The position numbers and the translations under genes were made by a program. The notes under the pieces were generated by a model. That model saw nothing but the letters and a program-made list of their open reading frames with translations. It did not search any database and was not told where the DNA came from. Shown here in pieces: positions 12,727 to 20,000 of a DNA stretch of 20,000 nucleotides (its first letter is position 1; each line of letters opens with the position of its first letter). This stretch comes from Trichoplax sp. H2 (taxonomy: Eukaryota): NCBI GenBank assembly GCA_003344405.1, contig NOWV01000003.1:1543580-1563579 (forward strand), given 5' to 3'.

Positions 12727-13554
12727 TTATTTCTTAACGTTTTGTTGCAAATCTTGAGCATTATAAACGCCACCAAGCCACCAATTAGTTGTCGATTCTG
12801 GTGTTGCTGTACAACGAAATTTCTCGTTGTAGTTGACGTATGTACCCCAGTTATACTCATTTTTTACAGTATGGCCAAAGCGTATTCTACCACAACGATT
12901 TGGAGATTGGCTAGATATAAGACTTAAATGTGTCGAACCGCTAGCGTAAAATGGCATAGAGCAGTGACTGCAAGAATGTCCATGAATATTCATATAGTCT
13001 GCATAGTAACAACTACCGCCAGAGGAACCTAGAGTCATAATGTTAAGCGAACACATACTTCCCCTTACATAATCTCGATGCGACATTTTTTTATCTATGC
13101 CCATGGCATAAAGATCAAAATTACAAGTTGCTCTCCAATGCGTTGTTGTTTGTGATCCATAGATTAGCCTCCTAGCAGCTAAAGAAGTACGGTAGGCTTG
13201 AAAATTATCTGGGCGACATTCACTATAAGCATAATCAGTGGTAAATGGTCGTTGAAAATGATAGTGGCCTTTCTCTTCCGATCGATACATACCCATTTTG
13301 CGTGAAAATGATTCTATTAAAGTCCAGACGTATGGCTTTTCGGAATTAAAATCGCAGTAAACTGTATGAAGTGCTTCTTCTTTATCATAAATTGTGTAAT
13401 AACCATTCAAGTGAACTTTAGGGCGAAGTTGTTTGATATCTAAGCATGATTCTGGACGATATAATGTCGTTGTTATTACTTCAATACTTGCCAATGAATA
13501 GGGCAGAAGCGATACCAATAACATGACAGCAAAAAGCTGCACAGACAACTTCAT
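12727..13554 (-). CDS. Paralog 3: secreted Cys-rich protein of the same family, 275 aa, single coding exon
   Basis: Complete ORF with gccatcATG and signal peptide MKLSVQLFAVMLLVSLLPYSLA. Motifs SCLDIK, NGYYTI, VYCDF, WTLIESF, THWRATCNFD and TTNWWLGG are present, with 10 Cys. Confidence 0.93.
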   Translation of the reverse strand: MKLSVQLFAVMLLVSLLPYSLASIEVITTTLYRPESCLDIKQLRPKVHLNGYYTIYDKEEALHTVYCDFNSEKPYVWTLIESFSRKMGMYRSEEKGHYHFQRPFTTDYAYSECRPDNFQAYRTSLAARRLIYGSQTTTHWRATCNFDLYAMGIDKKMSHRDYVRGSMCSLNIMTLGSSGGSCYYADYMNIHGHSCSHCSMPFYASGSTHLSLISSQSPNRCGRIRFGHTVKNEYNWGTYVNYNEKFRCTATPESTTNWWLGGVYNAQDLQQNVKK

Positions 13555-15643
13555 GATGGCAGTTGCGACTCTTGGAATATTTTAAAGCAAAAAGATAACA
13601 ATGCGTAAAATGTGAACAGAAGCAGTTATAAGTATGCCTGTATTTAGCTCAAGACAATCTATGCAGTATCGTCTAAATTCTTCGGTAAACTGATGGAAAG
13701 TAGTGCGTTGTACCCACGTATGCTGGACTGAAATAATAATATGCTATAGAAACAATAGATAGAAAAGTCCAATAATGCTCAGCATGAGTACCATTCATAT
13801 CGTTCACTTAGATACATATAGGATAGAACATATGGTATATTATAAGTTTACTGACAGGAGTGTAGAAATAATGAGGGTAATAAATAGTTTTCGGTGATTC
13901 ATCTATTACGGTGTAGAATTCAACATACAAGCAGGTGATAGGATTCACGCAATCGATCTTATTCAAAGTACTGCATATTCACGAATCTCTAGACTACTCA
14001 TACATTAAAAAAGCATTTAAGATTATAGAGTTGCACTCATTTCACCTATAAAAAGTCCTTATCAATTAAATTTTTTGATTAATAAATATTTTAATCAATA
14101 TTGGGTTTCGGTAATATGCCCATATGATTTAAAAAGTTGCTTAGAAGGAGAAGACTATAAATATATTTATTCTTAACTCATATTTTGAATTACATACGTG
14201 CTTAATAATATAATATGCTAAAATTATTTGTCAAACTTGTAGAGGTTAGTACACAATTATGTGCGTTTATATGAGTTAGGGCTATTAGAGATAGCATTAA
14301 GGAGTTAAATTGCGGATACAGTGCTATATTGTATATTTGTAAATAATCAACGCGCAGCATTTGATGAAATTTTACAAGTTTCGATAAAAGTAATCAAGGG
14401 TAATTTACTGGAAGAGTGGCAAGATATACTGTATAGTACTGTAGACATATCTTATTCTCATTTAGCTCGAGCAAGATGATAACAAAAACATAAACTGCCA
14501 TTTTTATGCTTGCATGACGTGAGTAAGTATGTAATGCTTGTGATATAAAGAAAGTTTAAGATATAGGAACTACGGACCAGGTTACTTTCGGCATTAATAT
14601 CAGCACTTGTAGCAAGCTTTTAACCCCTTTGCTGAGCTTTATAGGTTGATATCCGGTCAAAGAGAAAAAAACTATGTATGGATGATTCTCCATATTTTAA
14701 TGGGCTTCAGAGCGTTTCTGTAACCGTATTCAACTTTGATTTCAAGTTATCAAATATTTCATATTGTGATCAGTGCTATGGATAGTTACGTTGTACTATA
14801 CGTAATATATACTCATTTGTACTGCAAATATGTTACTATTCTTCAATAGTCAGTAACTTCGTTAATAAATGAAACATAAAATCAGACTTCAATCGGGAAT
14901 AACGCCTGTATTTGGTTCTTTAGCGGCAAAATCGATATAGGAATGTAAAATTTGATATGAAGACCTAATGATCTACAAAAGCATTCTTTTCGTAGCTCAT
15001 CGATGAAATAAAATCTTCTAAAGTTTGATAAAGAATTACTTTTATTCTTTAATCATAAAATTAACATAGATGAAATAATTAATAACGTTATCTGAAACCC
15101 TAGCCAAATGACCATTAGTAGTGTTACCGATAGTTTATAAAATACAAGCCCATTCCTATCACTAAAGACTGCAATGTAAATCCGTGCAATTTACAATTAA
15201 CTGATTTCAATAATTAATGATTTAGTTTACCGAAAATCTCTTAAAGAAGGGAGTACATGATTGCTAATGAATATAAGTATCTGCATTGTTAATATTCAGT
15301 TTCTTTTTATGATATTCCCTTCTAAATTAAATGAATTCTAGGGCACTTAGATTTTGAAACACAGTGAAAAAAACTACGATATATGTGAAACAGAGGCTGT
15401 TAATTCTAATCTACCTCGATATTATAATTATCAGTACGGGCTTATATCTGCTTAGTTGAAGTATCTACAATGTACTAGATTTGTACTCGGCATAGAATGC
15501 TACGGGTATAACATAAGCTACGTTAAGATAATTAATGAGAACCGATTTTATATTATCAAAAAATCAACGACATAGTGGCACTGAGACAAATTGTGATCAA
15601 ACAAGATTATGATAAAGGTACACAATTTATCCTTGAAAATTTT

Positions 15644-16474
15644 TTATGCTTTCTTAACACTCTGCATCGAATCCAATGCATCATAGATTCCTCCAAACCA
15701 CCAGTTCGTAGTTGAATGTTCGGTTGCTAAGCATGAAAATTTTTCGTGGATTATATTATAGAAGCCCCAATTATATGCCTGAGCTTCAAATGGGCCAAAA
15801 TTCATTTTACTGCAACGAGTAGGGGAGATACTAGACATGATACCAGGATGCATGCCGTTATTACTATAAAATGGTACGGTACATTTTTCGCATGCATGAC
15901 CACCAATATTGATGTAATCCATTTCATAGCAACCACCACCAGAACTATAAAATGTAGACATATCAAGACGGCATAAATGTGCTCTCACATAATCTCGATG
16001 ACCGAAAGTACTGACTTTGCCCATAGCATACTGATCAAAATTACAAGTTGCTCTCCAATGTGTAGTCGTCTGAGAGTGCCTTATTAACTGCATAACGGCT
16101 TTAGATGCACGATAAGCTTGAAATTGATCAGGGCGACATTCGTTATAGGGATAATTGATAGTAAAAGGCCTTTGGAAATGTAAACGATATTTTACATTAC
16201 TATATCTTTTTCCTGCCTTACGCGAGAAGGATTCAATTAAAGTCCAAACGAAAGGTTTATCCGAATTGAAGTCGCAATAAACTGTATGCAGCCCATTTTC
16301 TTTGTCGAAGATTGTGTAAAAGCCATTTCTGGTAACATTTGGGCGATAGTATTTGATATCTAAACATGATGTGGGATCATATTTTATGATGATAGTCGTT
16401 TGGGTAGGGACTGACGATGAAAAAGGTAAGCATGCCAGCAAAAGTAGACATATAAGGCCACTTAACAACTTCAT
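15644..16474 (-). CDS. Paralog 4: secreted Cys-rich protein of the same family, 276 aa, single coding exon
   Basis: Complete ORF with signal peptide MKLLSGLICLLLLACLPFSSS. It has the same motifs and 10 mature-domain Cys. Closest to paralog 3 (shared HTVYCDFNS, HFQRPFT, ECRPD, YAMG, HRDYVR). Confidence 0.93.
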   Translation of the reverse strand: MKLLSGLICLLLLACLPFSSSVPTQTTIIIKYDPTSCLDIKYYRPNVTRNGFYTIFDKENGLHTVYCDFNSDKPFVWTLIESFSRKAGKRYSNVKYRLHFQRPFTINYPYNECRPDQFQAYRASKAVMQLIRHSQTTTHWRATCNFDQYAMGKVSTFGHRDYVRAHLCRLDMSTFYSSGGGCYEMDYINIGGHACEKCTVPFYSNNGMHPGIMSSISPTRCSKMNFGPFEAQAYNWGFYNIIHEKFSCLATEHSTTNWWFGGIYDALDSMQSVKKA

Positions 16475-19400
16475 GTTGGTAATTCGTGTTCTTCTGTTAT
16501 TTACTACAAAAATAAGAAATAATTTCAGCCAGAAATTAAAACGATATTAGCTATAACTAACGCAGTATTATGTGCTATTACCTAGTAAAGCCAACACTAA
16601 TGAACAGAGCCAGTCTTAAGAATAATGAGGGGGTTGATTCACATAAAATAATACTTAGGGAAGTTACGAATTCATAAATAGATCAACTCTCAGCATGCTC
16701 AAGTCGGAAAACAATCGTAGAATGATTAATGATTTTGAGAAAAAGCAACGTTCTGTACTTTGTTTTTACAAAGAATAGCAGTAATTACAATCCAGCCTAA
16801 ATGCCTTTTCAATATTATGCTTAACCAACGACGCAGCTGTGCAGCTATGATAATGTCTCCACTTGTAAGGCTTAACCAACCCGGATTTCTATTAAAAAGC
16901 ATCCTACCGTCTATCATGAGCTCGAAAGATAGAATGAAGAAAGAATACTTATTTGTTGATCGGTTGGTATTCCCAAGGCACAAAATCCCATGGGCTCATA
17001 AATTTCGCTAGCGACCCGCTGACGTAACCGGCTATTCACTTTTCAATTAGCGATATACAACGTGAGGTGTTATTAATTATTTTTTTGTAACTTTTTATCC
17101 TGTTACTTTAATTAATGCAGCTCTAATGGAAAAATTCTAAATAGTAAACGCACAGTACAATTGATAATCCACTTTATAGCAATGTAAATAACAATGACTC
17201 TAACACCTATCCTTTACTAATAGATGTAAAGCAGGAGTAAAACTAAGTCTATTTGCAGTCAGCGACGACATTAAGCAGAGCTGTTGTCTGCAGCTACTGA
17301 AAATAATCTTATATACTTTTATTAATTTATGATCGCATTTGATATACGTTTAATAGAAGCAAATGATACTCTATGCTTTCCCGTAATTTGATACAAACTA
17401 AAGACGCGACTGCTCAATAATGCATAGTTGCAATCATTATAATGATAAACATCATGACAAAATTATCACTTCTAAATTGAAGGTTTATTGGGGTAGTTGC
17501 AATATTACTTATACAGTCTTCATAATTGTGTCTTTAATTTAATAACATTTTGTTGAGAATGTCTTAGCCATTCTTCAGGTTACAACCAATATACTTGAAG
17601 TAAGAGCTGGAAAATTACCTGAAATGATTATAGTACTACGCGCCTATAATTGTGCAGTACATACAAGCTTGATACTTTATCGATACACGGTGGTTGTTAA
17701 TGCAGTAGCAAGTACCAGCATGAATTCTATTCTTAACTTAAGTGTATCTGTTTAATGAGACAGAAGTTACCGTACTAGAATGAATGAATTTATTAAATCG
17801 CATAAAACTTTATCATCAGGGATATGGAAATTATTTTTGATCCTTTATTTTTAATATCAATCAGTCTATTGCAAACAGTAAATTACATTTTTGTTTCATA
17901 TTTGAATTTAAATAAGTTCCAGTAACTAAAATAGAGTAGATATACTGCTATTATGTACATTATGGCAAGTTCGTCCAAATTATTTGAAAATTTACCTAGG
18001 TGAATTACTTCTTAATGATAAGAATCATAAATTATGATGAACACTCTTTAGTTCTAGCGCATTAAAGAGTAGCATCAAAAGAAATAGTTATCGATATTCT
18101 GTCAATGAGCAATTGCAAGAAGATATCAAATCGTATAGAGGCCGTTTTTGTTAATATTACGATTTAGCAGTTTAATTTCCAAGCACATTCTAGCAAAGTA
18201 GCCATCGGCGGTCACACTCAAAGATTGTAAGAGGGCGATAGCCGCTACAAAATAAAGGAAAGACGACGCCATGTCTGTTGCTGTTGTCAAAGACTCGTAA
18301 ACTCGAACGCTTGGAATCTTTCTACACTTTTAAATAATTGCAGTATGCAGGAAAAGCGAAAACCCGTATGGGTAACAGAAATATTATGACGATATTAACA
18401 ATTAGAAACGCTAAACTAATATTAGTTCTTAAAATTCTACTACAGGGTATAAAGTTAATTGTTGAAAGTCAGATCTCTTGGGAGATCGAGTAGATCAATT
18501 TCGTTGATGCTGCTACAATGGCTAACTATTAACATAAACATTAAGCCTAATGGTTTCATTAATCTTTACATATATTCTATAGAAGATAAGTTATTGAAGC
18601 TTTTACTCTGTAAGACATTTTTTTTTTATTTCATAAACATCAAAGGCTAATATACAAGTGTTTAGATTCATGAAGAATGACTAATTTTATACAATCTTTA
18701 TAACTAGTACCGTACTAAAGCAATACTGTCGTTGGTCTTAATATGAGAACAAAACCGGGTCCTTTCGCGAGATCTCATATCGATTGTTTGCGTATGCAAA
18801 GCTTTCAAAACAGTTTTAATCATGTCATACAGCGAAAGTATGTAGTACGTACAAGAACTTTATAAGACTGCAAGAATTTTACTTATATTTGTGGGTACAT
18901 TAGCCAGTTGCTTACGGAAGCTATTACATTCGTAATTTTAATAGGTTTAATTGGAATGAGCGCGTTTCTACAAGAGTATGTTACCGTAACTTTAATATTC
19001 TATGGGATGTTGTCACTCAGTTATCTCAATTTACTATGATGAAACTAAAGAAAGCTGTAATGGCATTAAATGCAATACGTTCCTAGACTACTGAAGTCGC
19101 AATTCCGAAAAATGAGTTTATTATATCACAAATACGGTAGCATATCAGCAAAGAAAGTAGACATTATCTCGACCTTATTATGAGTATCAACTAGATGACG
19201 TTAGTTTCAAAAGTATAAATGAGGGTACATTGCTATATTTCTAAAACATGAATTTAAGTGAGACAGACTTATACAGATAGTTGCTGTATTAAAATAGATC
19301 CATGCATATTATTATCATTGGTTCTGTTAACGCATTAGAGGTTTTCGCCGAGAGAAAATAATATATGGTATTAACGAGTAACTGCTAAAGGATACTGGCA

Positions 19401-19580
19401 AATCGTATGAGTATAACTCGTTTACATTTAATTTACCACTGCTAATGTTAAAATATAACAATTTATGACTCACTTGATATTATATAGTATTATAAAATTA
19501 CCTAATATAACCCATTTAAAATCTAAAATCGCTATTTGTCTAACTTGATACAGTCAAATTATTTTATAGAAAGAAATTAG

Positions 19581-20000
19581 TTAAATCGGCTTGATGTTAG
19601 TAAAACGATTGGTAGTAACGTAAATATCGCCAAACCACCAATTTGTTGTCGATTCACCATATCTTGTACAACCAAAATCCCTATTATAACCATTGTAAGT
19701 ACCAAAGTTATACTCTTGAGGCGATCCAGCAGCTCCAGGAAACTTAATACGGCCACAGTAGTTTTGTGTTAGAGAAGAAATAGTGCTGGCATGAGTAGAA
19801 GTCGAAAACCACATAGGCACTAAGCATTTACGGCATGCAGTTCCGCGAATATTTATATAATTCATCCAAATACACGGTTTACCGGAATAGTAAGTCATCA
19901 TATTTAAACGGCATTTTCTTGCCCTCATATAATCAGTATGATTAAAGACGAATGAGAGTTCTTTAGCTTGTAGATCGAAATTACAAGTAGCTCGCCAATA
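19581..20000 (-). CDS. Paralog 5 (5'-partial, cut by window edge): C-terminal 139 aa of the same family
   Basis: The frame is open from 20000: YWRATCNFDLQAKELSFVFNHTDYMRARKC...YINIRGTACRKC...EYNFG...TTNWWFG. It contains Cys 4-10 of the family pattern. The ORF-track Met at 19928 is internal. Confidence 0.88.
   Translation of the reverse strand, partial: YWRATCNFDLQAKELSFVFNHTDYMRARKCRLNMMTYYSGKPCIWMNYINIRGTACRKCLVPMWFSTSTHASTISSLTQNYCGRIKFPGAAGSPQEYNFGTYNGYNRDFGCTRYGESTTNWWFGDIYVTTNRFTNIKPI

Noticed and set aside
13113..13140. 28-nt perfect identity between paralogs 3 and 4 (13113-13140 = 16033-16060) as a gene-conversion tract
   Set aside because: It covers the invariant HWRATCNFD motif, with mostly two-fold codons under AT bias, so protein constraint is a sufficient explanation.
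2190..16474. Calling the genes ficolin, fibrinogen or intelectin, or assigning a gene symbol
   Set aside because: Only the N-terminal subdomain motif matches. There is no collagen or coiled-coil region, and no canonical C-terminal FReD or intelectin motifs.
12639..16550. ORFs 12639..12860, 12742..12927, 15746..15976 and 16353..16550
   Set aside because: They overlap paralogs 3 and 4 in other frames or on the other strand, and have no recognisable motifs.
1..20000. Prokaryotic systems (CRISPR, operons, diversity-generating retroelement acting on the variable C-termini)
   Set aside because: Spliceosomal introns and low gene density indicate a eukaryote. I saw no repeat-spacer array, template repeat or reverse transcriptase, and paralog differences are not adenine-specific.

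Overview
AT-rich eukaryotic genomic DNA. It looks like a compact invertebrate genome, possibly an early-branching animal such as a placozoan or cnidarian (inference only). The window holds a head-to-tail tandem array of five paralogous minus-strand genes for ~275-aa secreted, Tyr-rich proteins with 10 conserved cysteines. Their N-terminal ~60 aa resemble the fibrinogen-related/intelectin N-terminal subdomain (SCL-[D/E]...NG[HFY]Y...VYCDF...WTL). The rest (THWRATCNFD, DY[MIV]R, N[IV]xG..CxxC, H...SS...C, [E/A]xN[F/W]G, TTN[YW]W[FL]G) does not follow canonical FReD motifs, and I cannot name the family. Genes 1 and 2 each have a 96-nt signal-peptide exon that the ORF track misses, plus a phase-0 GT-AG intron. 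Genes 3 and 4 have intronless coding regions. Gene 5 is cut by the right edge. Genes 1 and 2 also share conserved non-coding blocks upstream and downstream, including COE/EBF-like palindromes. No RNA genes, CRISPR arrays or recognisable mobile elements were seen.
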